Below, piece by piece: positions 1 to 12,483 of a stretch of 64,000 nucleotides of DNA. The translations under genes were made by a program, and so were the position numbers. Under the pieces are notes generated by a model. That model did not search any database and had not been told where the DNA came from. It saw only the letters and a program-made list of their open reading frames with translations. This DNA comes from Candidatus Atelocyanobacterium thalassae (GTDB lineage: Bacteria; Cyanobacteriota; Cyanobacteriia; Cyanobacteriales; Microcystaceae). How positions within the stretch are numbered: the first letter of the stretch is position 1; every line of letters begins with the position of its first letter. The DNA lies in NCBI GenBank assembly GCA_051971635.1, contig JBFPLN010000005.1, positions 1 to 64,000 of the forward strand. The letters run 5' to 3'.

Positions 1-1405
1 TGGTGTCATTGGCTTAGCGGTGATGGGAGAAAACCTCGCCCTTAATGTTGAAAGTCGTGGTTTTCCAATTGCTGTCTATAACCGCACAGCAAGTAAAACA
101 GAAGAATTCATGAAAACTCGGGCCCAGGGCAAAGATGTTAAGGCGGCCTATTCATTAGAAGAGTTTGTAAAAGTTTTAGAACATCCTCGTAAAATTTTAG
201 TAATGGTTAAAGCTGGGAAACCTGTTGATGCTGTTATTGAAGATTTAAAACCCCTTTTAGATAAAGGAGATATGATTATTGATGGTGGTAATTCCCTTTT
301 TGAAGATACCGAACGTCGTACTCAGTATTTAGAATCAACAGGGCTTGGTTTTGTTGGTATGGGTGTTAGTGGTGGTGAAGAAGGCGCATTAAAAGGTCCT
401 AGCCTCATGCCTGGAGGTACAAAAGCTGCCTATCAAGAATTAGAGCCTATTCTAACTAAGATTGCAGCACAAGTTGATGATGGTCCTTGTGTCACGTTTG
501 TCGGTCCTGGTGGAGCTGGACATTATGTCAAGATGGTTCATAATGGAATCGAATATGGAGATATGCAATTAATTGCAGAAGCCTATGACATTATGAAAAA
601 TGCACTTGGCCTTAGCAATCAAGAATTACATGAAGTATTTGCTAAATGGAATACTACTGATGAACTTAATTCTTTCTTAATTGAAATTACTGCAGATATT
701 TTCAAAAATATTGATCCAGAAAGCAACAAGGCTCTTGTTGACTTGATTTTAGACTCTGCTGGGCAAAAAGGTACAGGTCGTTGGACAATAGTAACTTCTT
801 TAGAATTAGGAGTTCCTATTCCTACAATGTATGCAGCTGTTAACGCACGAGTAATGTCCTCCTATAAAGATGAACGGGTCTCTGCTTCAAAACAATTAAC
901 TGGCTCTACTACCGAATTTAAAGGTAATGTTAGTGAATTTGTTGATAAAGTCAGAGATGCTCTTTATTGCTCTAAAATATGTTCATATGCCCAAGGAATG
1001 GCTTTAATCGCTAAAGCTTCTACCGAATATTACAATGGCGAGATAAGCCTACCAGAATCATCTCGTATTTGGAAAGGTGGTTGTATTATTCGAGCTGGCT
1101 TCTTAGACAAAATTAAGAAAGCTTTTGTTGATAATCCAGACCTACCTAATTTACTTTTAGCTCCTGAATTTAAACAAACCATATTAGATCGTCAAGATGC
1201 TTGGCGTGAAGTTCTTGTGTTAGCTAGTCAAGCAGGAATACCAGTACCTGCTTTTAGTGCTTCTTTAGACTATTTTGATAGCTATCGACGTGCAGATTTA
1301 CCCCAAAACTTAACTCAAGCACAGCGAGATTATTTTGGAGCTCATACATACGAGCGTATTGATAAACCTAGAGGAGAATTTTTCCACACTGAGTGGGCTT
1401 CATAA
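1..1405 (+). CDS. gnd: 6-phosphogluconate dehydrogenase, decarboxylating (5' end lies before the window)
   Basis: The frame from base 2 reads GVIGLAVMGENLALN (Rossmann motif), so the true start is upstream. Also has VSGGEEGA, VKMVHNGIEYGDMQ and AQRDYFGAHTY. Confidence 0.98.
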   Translation, partial: GVIGLAVMGENLALNVESRGFPIAVYNRTASKTEEFMKTRAQGKDVKAAYSLEEFVKVLEHPRKILVMVKAGKPVDAVIEDLKPLLDKGDMIIDGGNSLFEDTERRTQYLESTGLGFVGMGVSGGEEGALKGPSLMPGGTKAAYQELEPILTKIAAQVDDGPCVTFVGPGGAGHYVKMVHNGIEYGDMQLIAEAYDIMKNALGLSNQELHEVFAKWNTTDELNSFLIEITADIFKNIDPESNKALVDLILDSAGQKGTGRWTIVTSLELGVPIPTMYAAVNARVMSSYKDERVSASKQLTGSTTEFKGNVSEFVDKVRDALYCSKICSYAQGMALIAKASTEYYNGEISLPESSRIWKGGCIIRAGFLDKIKKAFVDNPDLPNLLLAPEFKQTILDRQDAWREVLVLASQAGIPVPAFSASLDYFDSYRRADLPQNLTQAQRDYFGAHTYERIDKPRGEFFHTEWAS

Positions 1406-1411
1406 TTCTTC

Positions 1412-1485
1412 ATTTAATATAGATTTATAAATAAAATCCCTTTTTATATATAAAAAGGGATTTTATTTATAAATCTATATTAAAT
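1412..1485. repeat. 74-bp perfect palindrome (37-bp arms, no loop) between convergent genes; probable bidirectional terminator or 3' stem-loop
   Basis: ATTTAATATAGATTTATAAATAAAATCCCTTTTTATA|TATAAAAAGGGATTTTATTTATAAATCTATATTAAAT, centred between 1448 and 1449. Confidence 0.95.
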
Positions 1486-1492
1486 ACTAAAA

Positions 1493-3034
1493 TCACCACT
1501 GATCTTTATCTAATTTTTTTTTATTTTTTTGTTTTAGATTGTCTGTCAAAGGATTTACTATTTTCAAAATAGCATCTTCTACAAAAGTTTTAAGAAACAT
1601 TTCTTGTTTATTTAATTGAAAATTTCGTTGTACCACCTCTTCAATACCTCCTTTACCCCAGCTTTGATTATAATAAAAATATTCAATAAAACTTTGCCCT
1701 GCAATACGTGTTAGATAGGCTACTGTTACGCTTTGCAAAACCTTCCCTACCAGATAACTCGATATATTTAGCTGCAATATTTTTCCTAAAATCTCGACTG
1801 CTCCTTTCGTAATTTGCAAGCCTATTAAAGTTTTGCCTAGAGATAAAGCTAGTTCTTTCCCTTCATCACTACTTAACTTACATTCATAAGTTTTCCCAAT
1901 TTCGACTATCATTTGCGTGTTGACTGCTGCTGTTACTAACATGTCAAAAAAAGGTAATGGATTAACAAGCACAATGCCTGCTGTCATCCATTGATATTGA
2001 TTAATTATTCTATTACTTTGTTTATTTCTTTCATTATCAATAACTTGAGATACCTCTTTTTCTAAATATTGAGATTTTATGAGAATATTTCTAGTAATTA
2101 GCTCTTGTCCTTCTGCCTCTATAATCATCACAATTTTCTCAATTAAGATATTAATATCAACTGATAAATTTCTTTTTAACTGCTTATTTTGAGGGTTTAC
2201 AGCTGTTAAAATCACATCTTCTACAAAAGTAAGCTTTTTTGCCTTGTTTTTTAAATTGTTTAAAATTTTAGTTTTATCCTTCTTAGGATAAAGATCTGCT
2301 TTGTTAAAAATTAATAAAACCTTTTTACCAATATTATTAATAAATCTCAAGAATTGATACTCAGATTGAGATAAATCATTATCCACAACAAATAGCAACA
2401 AATCTGATTGCATAGATAATTGTTTTGCTAGTATTCCTCTTTTTTCTCCCCTAGGTCCCATTTCTGAAATACCAGGAGTATCCGTAATTAAAACTTTGTT
2501 GGACAACCCTTTTAAATGAATACGATAACTTATCCCAATTTTAGTTGTTCCCATAGAAGGATTTACTTTACCTATCACTTGACCAACTAAAGAATTTATA
2601 AGAGATGTTTTACCGGCAGAACCTTTACCAAAAACAATAATTTTAAATTCTCGTCTTTCTAAATCATCTATAATCTCTTTAGAGCGTTTCAATAAAGATT
2701 GTTTTGCTGCTTTGTTTCTAATACTTTTTACGCGATTAAGGGTAACTTTTACATCTTGCAGAGAAGGTTTTTCTTTATTTTTAAGTTTAGGTAAATAACT
2801 TGTTTTATGCTTGAGATTAAATTTTCTGATAAATAGTTTATTATAGTAATATGCTGATATATAAACTAGAAATCCTGATATTCCTGTTATTAGAAATATT
2901 AAGATGTTAGCTAGTAATGGAGCAGTAAAAGAAATTTGTATATAGAGTTGATAAATAGAGTTAATCAGCCAAATAATTAATCCAAGAATTAAACTTAACC
3001 CAAAAATTAAGATAATTAAGCGATAAAAAGGCAT
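1493..3034 (-). CDS. Membrane-anchored Era-like GTPase with C-terminal DUF697 (YcjF-like) domain
   Basis: Two N-terminal TM segments; G1 GKGSAGKTS, G3 DTPG, G4 NKAD; C-terminal NPLPFFD...YLTRIAGQSFIEYF. Confidence 0.8.
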   Translation of the reverse strand: MPFYRLIILIFGLSLILGLIIWLINSIYQLYIQISFTAPLLANILIFLITGISGFLVYISAYYYNKLFIRKFNLKHKTSYLPKLKNKEKPSLQDVKVTLNRVKSIRNKAAKQSLLKRSKEIIDDLERREFKIIVFGKGSAGKTSLINSLVGQVIGKVNPSMGTTKIGISYRIHLKGLSNKVLITDTPGISEMGPRGEKRGILAKQLSMQSDLLLFVVDNDLSQSEYQFLRFINNIGKKVLLIFNKADLYPKKDKTKILNNLKNKAKKLTFVEDVILTAVNPQNKQLKRNLSVDINILIEKIVMIIEAEGQELITRNILIKSQYLEKEVSQVIDNERNKQSNRIINQYQWMTAGIVLVNPLPFFDMLVTAAVNTQMIVEIGKTYECKLSSDEGKELALSLGKTLIGLQITKGAVEILGKILQLNISSYLVGKVLQSVTVAYLTRIAGQSFIEYFYYNQSWGKGGIEEVVQRNFQLNKQEMFLKTFVEDAILKIVNPLTDNLKQKNKKKLDKDQW

Positions 3035-3639
3035 AAGGAAGATATGAGTTGACTAGCAATAAATAAACTAAATTATTAAGTTACTTACTCTCCTGAACTT
3101 TCAGGAAAAGTAAATTATATAAAGCTAAATATAATTTAAGATATATTGCTAAATTATACTGTGAGCTAGGGCCTATTAAAGTATCAGAACAATATAATTT
3201 TTCTTAATATCTTAAACTTTAGCTTAATCTTAACTTATGTAAATTAATTTTAAATTTATCTATGCTAGATAATATTTAATTATGGATAGCTATAGTTTAA
3301 GTTCTATATGTTTATTTTAAACAAGTGAGATAATTGTTTTGAAAAGTAATTTGTACCTATTACTAGCATATAATTTATCAATTTTTATTTAATGAGGCAG
3401 TAAAGTAATACCATAGGCTTATTGTACAAACTATAAATTATATTTCAGCTATTAAATTACATTGATTATCTATTCTTAATCGTATATGTTTAGTTTTTAT
3501 TTATGAATGTCAATACAATTAGATAAACTTTTTATTAATTAAGTTTTTTTAATAAAAACTACTGATTAAAAGTTATATTTGAATACTACAATTCGACTAA
3601 TATTCACAGCTAGTTAGAAAATATGGAAAATTTATAAAT

Positions 3640-4698
3640 ATGACTCAATCAAAACGAATATCAGTTGGAATTGTTGGTGCCTCTGGATATGGAGGAATAC
3701 AATTAGTCAAACTTTTACAAGAACATCCTTTGGTTAAAATTGTCTATTTGGGCGGAAAGGAAAGTACTGGAAAATTTTATGCTGAGGTATATCCACATTT
3801 AGCACACAAAATTGATTTAATCATAGAACCTATTGATATTGAACTAATTACTTCTCGTTGCGAGGTAGTTTTTTTAGGTTTACCGAATGGTTATACTTGT
3901 GACCTAGCTCCTAAGTTACTTTCTAAAGGTTGCAAAGTTTTTGATCTATCGGCAGATTACCGGTTTAAAAATTTACAAGTTTATAGTTATTGGTATAACA
4001 AAAAGCGTAATGATATAGAAACTGCAAATTCTGCCGTTTATGGTCTTCCAGAACTATATCGTACTGATATTCAGTCAACTTCATTAGTTGGATGTCCTGG
4101 ATGCTATCCTACTGCCAGTTTATTAGCTTTATCACCACTTTTAAAACAAGGTTTAATACTTCCAGAAACCATTATTATTGATGCAAAATCAGGAACTTCT
4201 GGGGGAGGCAGACAAGCTAAGATGAATTTATTGTTGGCTGAGGCAGAAGGATCCTTGGGAACATATAATGTAGTTAGACATCGTCATACACCAGAAATAG
4301 AACAAATTTGTTGTGACTTAACTGGTCATGAGGTTAAGGTTCAATTTACTCCTTATCTAGTACCTATGGTCAGAGGGATATTATCAACTGTCTATGCAAG
4401 CCTTAGAGATCCGGGACTAGTACGTGATGACTTACTAACTATTTATCAAGCTTTTTATCGCTTTTCACCTTTTATCAAGATTTTACCCAAAGGCGTTTAC
4501 CCTCAAACAAAATGGGCCTGTGGGACAAATCTTTGTTACCTTGGAATTGAGACTGACTCACGCACAGATCGAGTAATTGTTTTTTCTGCAATTGATAATC
4601 TTATTAAAGGGCAAGCTGGACAAGCAATACAATGTTTCAATATTATGATGGGATGGGAGGAAACACTTGGCCTACCTCAACTATGTTTCTATCCCTAG
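3640..4698 (+). CDS. argC: N-acetyl-gamma-glutamyl-phosphate reductase
   Basis: [16 protein letters not shown], catalytic [27 protein letters not shown]. Confidence 0.97.
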   Translation: MTQSKRISVGIVGASGYGGIQLVKLLQEHPLVKIVYLGGKESTGKFYAEVYPHLAHKIDLIIEPIDIELITSRCEVVFLGLPNGYTCDLAPKLLSKGCKVFDLSADYRFKNLQVYSYWYNKKRNDIETANSAVYGLPELYRTDIQSTSLVGCPGCYPTASLLALSPLLKQGLILPETIIIDAKSGTSGGGRQAKMNLLLAEAEGSLGTYNVVRHRHTPEIEQICCDLTGHEVKVQFTPYLVPMVRGILSTVYASLRDPGLVRDDLLTIYQAFYRFSPFIKILPKGVYPQTKWACGTNLCYLGIETDSRTDRVIVFSAIDNLIKGQAGQAIQCFNIMMGWEETLGLPQLCFYP

Positions 4699-4859
4699 AA
4701 TAATGGAAATTTGAAATATACTTTTAAAAGAAACTAATTAATGTTATGTAGCTAGAAATATAGATAAAAAACTTTGAATATACAGTATTATCTTTTCTTT
4801 AAATTATTTTTATTAATCAAATAATCAAGAAAAATTTAGCTTATGAGATCTTATTTACT

Positions 4860-6266
4860 TTAAAAACTTTCTTGCAAAGGAGTTGACGATTTAGAATAAT
4901 GCTTCTCCCAATCTAAACCTACAACAATTGTAATATCAGAAGCTAAGTTACCAGTACTTTCTACAAGAACTTCGCCTATTCCTAGATCTATTCTTAATGC
5001 TGCTGCGCCTATGCTATCTCCGTTTTGAGCTATGATACGAGTTTTACGAAGATTTTCTGGCCATTGGTGACTAATAAAAGTACGCTGGTATCCAGAATTT
5101 TTCAAGAAGTTAGCTACTTGCTGCGCTAATTTAGGATTTTCAGTACTATTTTGTATTGCAATTCTAAGACTATTTGGAGTTGCCTCTTTAACGGCTGAAT
5201 TCAACGAGCCATAATCAAAATATGTTGCAACCATGCTCTTGATTTGTTTATGGTCTGGTAACCAATAGCTTACTTCATGCTTACCATCTCCATTAAAGTT
5301 ACCAGGAAGCATTAACATTTGTACATTAGATCGTTGTATTTGAGAAGCAAATCCTGATAAAGCTACTAGCTCCTCAACTGTTAAGTTAGTATCAATATAA
5401 GAATTAATAATTGATAATATTTCAGGTATTCTCAATAAATTTTTAGGCTTCAAAGCTTGTTCAACTAGAGCTCTCATGAACATTTGTTGACGTTGTACTC
5501 TTCCAATATCACCATAGCGATCATAACGAAAGCGTAAAAAAGAGACAGCTTTTTGTCCATCTATATGTTGCTCACCCTCTTTAATATTGATGTAAAGATG
5601 TTGGCTATGATCGGTATATTTCATATTTTTAGGAACATAAATTTTTACTCCTCCTAGTGCATCAATTACTTTTTCAACTCCCTGTATATTAAATCTAACG
5701 TAACGATTTATCGGAATTCCGCCTAATAGGTTACTAATGGTTTCTGCAGCCAAAGAAGGACCACCATAGTAGTTAGCTTCGTTTATCTTTCTTATTTCAT
5801 GTCTAATTACTGCTTGGGTATCCCTAGGAATAGATAAAATATTTAATTTTTTAGTTATCGGGTCAAATCTAGCAAGAACTACAGTATCAGATAAACCTTT
5901 GAAAGAATTTACTAAAGTATGATGTCCTAATTTTTCTCTTGGTGTCTTGTCATTTATTTCAGATGTTAAAACTTTAGTACCTAAAATAAGTACATTAACA
6001 GGACGGCTTAACTTTGGAAGACGTAAATTAGTATAAGAAATAGTTTCATTTTGACTAAAGGCTTTTTCTTGATTTTCACTCAAAGAACTTCTTTGTAAAG
6101 GTGTTGATGATAAAGAAATGGCAATCAGTACTCCAGTACCAGCTGATACAATACCAATAATTATCATTCCTAAACTCATAAATGACCAGTTGAAATTTTC
6201 TTCTTTTTTTTGAATAGAAGACTTCTGATGAGATAAATTATTAGGATGTTTTTTCTTAAATGACAC
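4860..6266 (-). CDS. LCP (LytR-CpsA-Psr) family protein with C-terminal LytR_C domain
   Basis: N-terminal TM; SDT, LSIPRDT, KINEA, FLRFR, DIGRVQRQQ; C-terminal DITIVVGLDW. GTG start. Confidence 0.92.
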   Translation of the reverse strand: MSFKKKHPNNLSHQKSSIQKKEENFNWSFMSLGMIIIGIVSAGTGVLIAISLSSTPLQRSSLSENQEKAFSQNETISYTNLRLPKLSRPVNVLILGTKVLTSEINDKTPREKLGHHTLVNSFKGLSDTVVLARFDPITKKLNILSIPRDTQAVIRHEIRKINEANYYGGPSLAAETISNLLGGIPINRYVRFNIQGVEKVIDALGGVKIYVPKNMKYTDHSQHLYINIKEGEQHIDGQKAVSFLRFRYDRYGDIGRVQRQQMFMRALVEQALKPKNLLRIPEILSIINSYIDTNLTVEELVALSGFASQIQRSNVQMLMLPGNFNGDGKHEVSYWLPDHKQIKSMVATYFDYGSLNSAVKEATPNSLRIAIQNSTENPKLAQQVANFLKNSGYQRTFISHQWPENLRKTRIIAQNGDSIGAAALRIDLGIGEVLVESTGNLASDITIVVGLDWEKHYSKSSTPLQESF

Positions 6267-6829
6267 AGCTTTCTTTACACCTTAGATATCGTCTGAATAT
6301 ATTTCAAAACTTGCTTTTAAACAAAATTTTAACTGTTGTTATGAATCATAATAACTTTTAAGACTAGAATAATAATCTTTCATAACAATCATTTTAAAAA
6401 CTAGAAAATAATTAATTCTCTCTTTAATTATTTTACCCAATTCGAAATTTAAAAATAATTTAACCTTAATGTAAATAAATTAAAAACAAGTACATAATGT
6501 ATATTACTAATTATGGCTAAATTAGATATTTACTCATAATTTTAGAACTAGTTATTGTCGACTATTATTTTAAAAATAATTATCTTACTGAGTTATGGTT
6601 AATAAATATTATATCTATATCAAAATAAATTTGATACCTTAGGTCAGCTATCATGATGTTGTTGGTATTAATAGTATCATTTTAGTTAAAAAATATGTTT
6701 TTAGCTATCGACGATGTAATGTTTCTTCCATTTTTAACTAATGATATTGAAATTAACTGTAAATATTTGGATAGTATTTTTTTTTAATAATTTCAACTAA
6801 ATAGTCAAACAAAATAATATTCACTACCT

Positions 6830-6870
6830 TTAAATAAAGCCCTCTAATCTTCTTAGAGGGCTTTATTTAA
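6830..6870 (-). terminator. Perfect 18-bp stem / 5-nt loop hairpin downstream of tkt
   Basis: TTAAATAAAGCCCTCTAA-TCTTC-TTAGAGGGCTTTATTTAA, about 20 bp past the tkt stop. Confidence 0.85.
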
Positions 6871-6891
6871 TAAATATAATAGATCTATAGA

Positions 6892-8904
6892 TTACCCTAA
6901 AAGTATCTTGGCTTTGGCAATAATATTTTCAACGGTAAAACCAAATTTTTCCATACATACTTTACCAGGAGCAGAGGCACCAAAAGAATCGATACTAACA
7001 GTATCTCCTTCAGAGCCCACATATTTTGTCCATCCTAAACTAATTCCTGCTTCAACAGATAATCTCTTCGTTACAGTTTTAGGTAATATAGATTCTCTGT
7101 AAGTCGCACTTTGTGCTTCGAACTGTTCCCAACAAGGCATAGAAACTACTCGGACTTTTTTACCTGTATTAGATAATTGTTCGGCGGCAGATACACACAG
7201 ACTTACTTCAGAGCCTGTTCCTATGAGAATAATTTCAGGTTCTCCTTCGCAGTCAAATATCGTATAAGCTCCTTTATAGACTCCTTCTATAGAGGTTCCA
7301 GATAAATTAGGTACATTTTGACGAGTAAATACTAACAAGGTTGGTAAGTTACTTTGTGCATTCTCAATAGCAAGTTTGTAAGCTCCAGAACACTCGTTTC
7401 CATCAGCTGGTCTTATAACTGTTAAGTTTGGAATAGCACGAAGAGAAGTTATAGTCTCTACTGGTTGATGAGTAGGTCCATCTTCTCCTTGTCCAATAGA
7501 GTCATGAGTCGTTACCCAAATTACCCCTGCTTGAGATAAAGCAGATAATCTAATAGAAGCTCTTACATAATCAGTAAAGATTAAAAATGTAGCGCAATAC
7601 GGAATTAAACCAGAATTATGAAGTGCTATTCCATTACAGATAGCTCCCATAGCATGTTCTCTTACTCCAAAATGAACATTACGATTTTCATATTGCCCTT
7701 TCTGAAAATCTCCTGAGTTTTTCAGCTCTGTTAAGTTGGAGTGAGTTAAGTCTGCTGATCCTCCTATTAATCCAGGTAGAACAGAAGATAAGTAATTCAA
7801 AATGTTAGCAGAATGTTTACGAGTAGATATTCCAGCGTCCTCTGGCGTAAAGGTTGGAAGTACTTCAGCCCAATCTTCAGGAATTTGACCGTTTACATAA
7901 CGTTCAAACTCAGAGGCTTCTAGAGGATATTTTACTTTGTAATCATTAAGAGCAAGGTTCCATTTCGATTCATGATCTGCACCTCTTTCAACAGATTTAT
8001 TCATATGGGTAAGAACATCTTCAGGTATAACAAAAGGTTCATATTCCCATTCTAGATTTTGCCGAGTAAGCGTAATTTCTTCTGTACCTAAAGCAGCTCC
8101 ATGAATTCCTGCAGTGTTTTGTCTATTAGGAGAACCGTAGCCAATGGTAGTTGTTACCTTTATCATTGTAGGCTTGTCGGTAACTTGTTTGGCTTTCTCA
8201 ATAGCATCGGCGATAGCTACTAAATCAGTATTGCCATTCTTTACATGTAAAACATGCCATCCATAAGCTTCAAATCGTTTAGATACATCTTCTGTGAATG
8301 CTACATCAGTAGAACCATCAATAGAAATATGATTATCATCATAAAGAGCAATCAATTTCCCTAGTCCCCAATGACCAGCAATAGAGCAAGCTTCACTAGC
8401 TACTCCTTCCATATTACAACCATCGCCTAACAAGACATAGGTGTAATGATCAACGATAGTGGCATCTGATTTATTAAACTTAGCTGCTAAATGAGCTTCT
8501 GCAAGAGCTAATCCGACACCATTAGCTATTCCTTGTCCTAGAGGACCAGTTGTTACTTCAACGCCTTGAGTTTCAAAGTTCTCAGGATGTCCAGGAGTTT
8601 TTGATCCCCACTGACGAAACTGTTTAATATCGTCGATAGTCACGCTATCGTAGCCAGTCAAACAAAGTAAAGCGTAGTGCAGCATACTGCCATGTCCAGC
8701 AGAAAGAATAAAACGATCACGGTTAAACCATTTAGGATTTTTAGGATTAAACCGCATAAATTTATCCCATAAGACAAATGCCATTGGAGCTGCGCCCATT
8801 GGTAGTCCTGGATGACCTGATTTTGCTTTTTCAACAGCATCAACAGCTAAAAAACGAATGGAGTTAATGCAAAGTTCTTCGAGCGACCGGGTGGCAGCGA
8901 CCAT
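6892..8904 (-). CDS. tkt: Transketolase
   Basis: [37 protein letters not shown] (TPP motif), [17 protein letters not shown]. Confidence 0.98.
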   Translation of the reverse strand: MVAATRSLEELCINSIRFLAVDAVEKAKSGHPGLPMGAAPMAFVLWDKFMRFNPKNPKWFNRDRFILSAGHGSMLHYALLCLTGYDSVTIDDIKQFRQWGSKTPGHPENFETQGVEVTTGPLGQGIANGVGLALAEAHLAAKFNKSDATIVDHYTYVLLGDGCNMEGVASEACSIAGHWGLGKLIALYDDNHISIDGSTDVAFTEDVSKRFEAYGWHVLHVKNGNTDLVAIADAIEKAKQVTDKPTMIKVTTTIGYGSPNRQNTAGIHGAALGTEEITLTRQNLEWEYEPFVIPEDVLTHMNKSVERGADHESKWNLALNDYKVKYPLEASEFERYVNGQIPEDWAEVLPTFTPEDAGISTRKHSANILNYLSSVLPGLIGGSADLTHSNLTELKNSGDFQKGQYENRNVHFGVREHAMGAICNGIALHNSGLIPYCATFLIFTDYVRASIRLSALSQAGVIWVTTHDSIGQGEDGPTHQPVETITSLRAIPNLTVIRPADGNECSGAYKLAIENAQSNLPTLLVFTRQNVPNLSGTSIEGVYKGAYTIFDCEGEPEIILIGTGSEVSLCVSAAEQLSNTGKKVRVVSMPCWEQFEAQSATYRESILPKTVTKRLSVEAGISLGWTKYVGSEGDTVSIDSFGASAPGKVCMEKFGFTVENIIAKAKILLG

Positions 8905-9692
8905 AATTTTTTCTAAAATGAACTACAGTAAAATAACAATTCGGTATGGAGTAGAGAACTTACCAGTTGTCAATTACCCCTGATTTTGTCTTTATCATCC
9001 CACTCTAATGTAACGATGGGAAGATGTGGAATCAAAATTTTATTGAAATATTTACATTCTCTTTAAGATACACAACTTATCAAAACATCTTATTCTTAGA
9101 TATTGTGAAAGCTAAATACTATTTTTCCAAGAATATATATTCTGTAAATAAATAATACTTGGAACTCATCGCAATCATGTTAAAGAAAATATTTTTAAGT
9201 AATATATTATAAATACTTCCTAGCACTATACTATTACGTATTTATTTTGAAAAATATTATTAGACAAATATGTGTGAATCTACTATTTGTCATATATTGT
9301 TTAATTTTTATCTAAAAAAGCTAGAATATAACGTTTAGAAGAATTTAGGATTTATTAAATTTAATATATATTGAAAGTCATTTAAGCTAATTCATTTTTG
9401 ATAAGATAAAGATATTATAAAATATATATTTTAGTTTTCCATTAATCTAATGATGATTTTTTGTTTCTAAAGATTATATAATTAGGGCTGTCATATAATT
9501 AATATTCGAATGCACATCGATGTTAATACCTTCTTATATGAATAAAGAGTTGCAAGCAATCTAAAGGTTACGTTAAGTTTAATTAAGCTTAGAGTTATTT
9601 TTTGAGCATATTGTCGACACTGATCGTAACTTTTTGACAAAAGTACATATATCACCAAATCAAGTCTTGATAACAACGAGAAACCTTAACTT

Positions 9693-11579
9693 ATGAAAAT
9701 ATCTTGGAGAACTCTATTACTCTGGACTTTACCACTTCTAATGGTCTGTTTTTTTCTTTGGCAAGGTCAATTTACTCCTACCTCAGAGCAACTAGGAAAC
9801 GGTACAGCTGACAAACGTATAACTTACGGGCGTTTTCTAGAATATCTAAATACAAATCGTGTTGTAAGTGTAGATCTTTATGAAGGCGGACGTACAGCTA
9901 TCGTACAAATAGCAGATTCTAAATTAGAAGATCAAGTACAACAATCACGAGTAGATTTACCAACATACTCTCCTGACTTAATAGCAAAAATACGCTCATC
10001 TAATGTAAAGATAGAATCTCACCCCATACGTAATGAAGGAGCGTTATGGGGGTTCTTAGGAAATTTATTGTTCCCTATTCTACTCATTGGATCTTTATTT
10101 TTTCTTTTTCGTCGTTCCAGCAATTTGCCAGGGGGACCTGGACAAGCAATGAGTTTTGGAAAATCTAAAGCTCGTTTTCAAATGGAAGCAAAAACAGGTA
10201 TTATGTTCCATGATGTAGCTGGTATTGACGAAGCAAAGGAAGAGCTACAAGAAGTTGTGACTTTCCTTAAAGAGCCAGAACGTTTCACAGCTGTAGGAGC
10301 AAAAATTCCTAAAGGAGTATTATTAGTTGGGCCTCCAGGAACCGGTAAGACTCTTTTAGCTAAGGCAATAGCTGGGGAAGCTGGAGTACCTTTTTTTAGT
10401 ATTTCTGGTTCAGAATTTGTGGAAATGTTTGTTGGAGTCGGCGCTTCTCGTGTTCGTGATTTATTTAAAAAAGCTAAGGAAAGCGCTCCTTGTCTAATAT
10501 TTATTGATGAAATAGATGCTGTTGGTCGTCAAAGAGGTGCCGGAATTGGTGGCGGAAATGATGAAAGGGAACAAACCCTTAATCAATTGTTAACAGAAAT
10601 GGATGGCTTTGAAGGTAATACAGGAATAATCATTATTGCTGCTACTAATCGTCCCGATGTTTTGGACTCTGCTTTAATGAGACCTGGACGATTTGATAGA
10701 CAAGTTATGGTCGATGCACCTGATTTTAAGGGTAGAATTGAGATTCTAGAAGTTCATGCTCGTAATAAAAAGTTAGCTCATGATGTTTCTCTTAAATCTA
10801 TTGCACGCAGAACTCCTGGTTTTAGCGGAGCAGATCTAGCTAATTTATTAAACGAGGCTGCAATCCTGACGGCACGCCGCCGTAAAGAAGCTATAACTAT
10901 CCTAGAAATAGATGATTCAATTGATCGTATTGTTGCTGGTATGGAAGGTACTCCACTAGTTGATAGTAAGAGTAAACGCCTAATTGCTTATCATGAAGTT
11001 GGTCATGCAATTGTTGGAACTTTAATAAAAGATCATGATCCAGTACAAAAGGTTACTCTAATTCCTCGTGGTCAAGCTCGTGGATTAACATGGTTTACTC
11101 CTAATGAAGAGCAAGGATTAATAACTAAGACACAGTTAATAGCTCGTATAGCAGGTGCTTTAGGAGGAAGAGCAGCGGAAGAAGAAGTCTTTGGTTATGA
11201 TGAAGTCACAACTGGTGCTGGAAGTGATTTGCAACAAGTTTCTGATGTTGCTCGTCAAATGGTAACTCGTTTTGGGATGAGCGATCTAGGACCTTTATCT
11301 TTAGAAAACTCTTCTAGTGAAGTCTTTCTTGGAGGAGGATTGATGAATAGAGTTGAATACTCTGAGGAAGTTGCTATGAAAATTGACAATCAAGTACGTA
11401 CTTTAGCAAAAGAAAGTCATCAAATAGCTAAACAGCTCATTAGAGACAATCGTGAGGTAATTGATCGTCTTGTAGAGTTACTAATTGAAAAAGAAACTAT
11501 TGATGGTGAAGAACTTCGACAGATTGTGGCTGAATATACATACATACCTGAAAAAGAGCAATTTATATCACAGTTATAA
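9693..11579 (+). CDS. ftsH2: ATP-dependent zinc metalloprotease FtsH (FtsH2-type)
   Basis: Walker [42 protein letters not shown] zinc motif. The N-terminus [11 protein letters not shown] resembles cyanobacterial FtsH2. Confidence 0.93.
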   Translation: MKISWRTLLLWTLPLLMVCFFLWQGQFTPTSEQLGNGTADKRITYGRFLEYLNTNRVVSVDLYEGGRTAIVQIADSKLEDQVQQSRVDLPTYSPDLIAKIRSSNVKIESHPIRNEGALWGFLGNLLFPILLIGSLFFLFRRSSNLPGGPGQAMSFGKSKARFQMEAKTGIMFHDVAGIDEAKEELQEVVTFLKEPERFTAVGAKIPKGVLLVGPPGTGKTLLAKAIAGEAGVPFFSISGSEFVEMFVGVGASRVRDLFKKAKESAPCLIFIDEIDAVGRQRGAGIGGGNDEREQTLNQLLTEMDGFEGNTGIIIIAATNRPDVLDSALMRPGRFDRQVMVDAPDFKGRIEILEVHARNKKLAHDVSLKSIARRTPGFSGADLANLLNEAAILTARRRKEAITILEIDDSIDRIVAGMEGTPLVDSKSKRLIAYHEVGHAIVGTLIKDHDPVQKVTLIPRGQARGLTWFTPNEEQGLITKTQLIARIAGALGGRAAEEEVFGYDEVTTGAGSDLQQVSDVARQMVTRFGMSDLGPLSLENSSSEVFLGGGLMNRVEYSEEVAMKIDNQVRTLAKESHQIAKQLIRDNREVIDRLVELLIEKETIDGEELRQIVAEYTYIPEKEQFISQL

Positions 11580-11606
11580 TTTAATTAAAAAATACTTTTT
11601 ATATTT

Positions 11607-11635
11607 AAAATAGACGCTTAACTGCGTCTTTTTTA
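11607..11635 (+). terminator. Intrinsic terminator after ftsH
   Basis: AGACGC-TTAACT-GCGTCT followed by a T tract and preceded by an A tract. Confidence 0.7.
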
Positions 11636-11892
11636 TTAAATTTTTGATTTAAAATATTTGAAATGTATGGATAAAAATAAGCAATATAAATAATTATCAC
11701 AATAGGTATATTAGTAACATTTCAACTTAGAAATAATAATTTCTTTTATATATAAACACAATAATATTATAAATGTAAGTATTATTAGAAGAAATACTTT
11801 TCTTTTGTAGATATTAATAATTGCTGAATCTAAAACTAATTTTTCTAAAGCTTTATACTAAGCAGTTGATTATTAGATGCTAAATATATTAT

Positions 11893-12420
11893 TTAAGATA
11901 TTGCTAAGCGTTTATTTAATATTTTAACTCTACGTTTAGCAACTTTGTTATTTAAGTCATTTTCTAAAGTTTTTCTATATGTCTCAAGAGCTTTTTCTAT
12001 CATTTGTTTTTTTTCATAGGCATTAGCTAAATTATTAAGTGCAATTATATATTGAGGGTAAAGTTTAATTGCATCTTTATAATTACGGATTGCTAGATCT
12101 ATTTGCTCTTGAGATAGATAGCAAAAACCTAACGCATTGTATATTAAAGCTTGGTTTTCTGGCTCTAGATTCTTACCTATCTCAAGCCCTTTATTAAATA
12201 AATTAGTTGCCTGAATATATAGTTTTTTATTGAGATATAAGCTTCCCAATTCATAATATTCTTGAGCCGAGCCTTTTTCTTTTTGTAATTTCTTTTGTAA
12301 TCTGTAAAATTGTTTTTCAGTGCGAGTAGTTCGTATAGTTTGTAAAACGACAAAAAACCCTAGTGTTCCCAGAAGTAAAACGACGCCTGATAAGTAAATG
12401 GCTGGTAAGAGTTCATTCAT
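11893..12420 (-). CDS. ycf37: TPR protein, Ycf37/Pyg7-like photosystem I assembly factor
   Basis: N-terminal TM then TPR repeats (YYELGSLYLNKKLY, IYNALGFCY, ALNNLANAYEKK). Confidence 0.8.
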   Translation of the reverse strand: MNELLPAIYLSGVVLLLGTLGFFVVLQTIRTTRTEKQFYRLQKKLQKEKGSAQEYYELGSLYLNKKLYIQATNLFNKGLEIGKNLEPENQALIYNALGFCYLSQEQIDLAIRNYKDAIKLYPQYIIALNNLANAYEKKQMIEKALETYRKTLENDLNNKVAKRRVKILNKRLAIS

Positions 12421-12483
12421 TATTTTTATGCTTATAATATAACTATTGAATTATACTGTTTTTCAGCTAGAAAGATGTTTTTT

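Noticed and set aside
3085..3113. Small hairpin TCCTGAA-CT-TTCAGGA
   Set aside because: A 7-bp core is too short to distinguish from chance, and it is not 3' of a gene.
9491..9676. 61-aa minus-strand ORF upstream of ftsH2
   Set aside because: TTG start, no motif, and it overlaps the probable ftsH2 promoter and leader.
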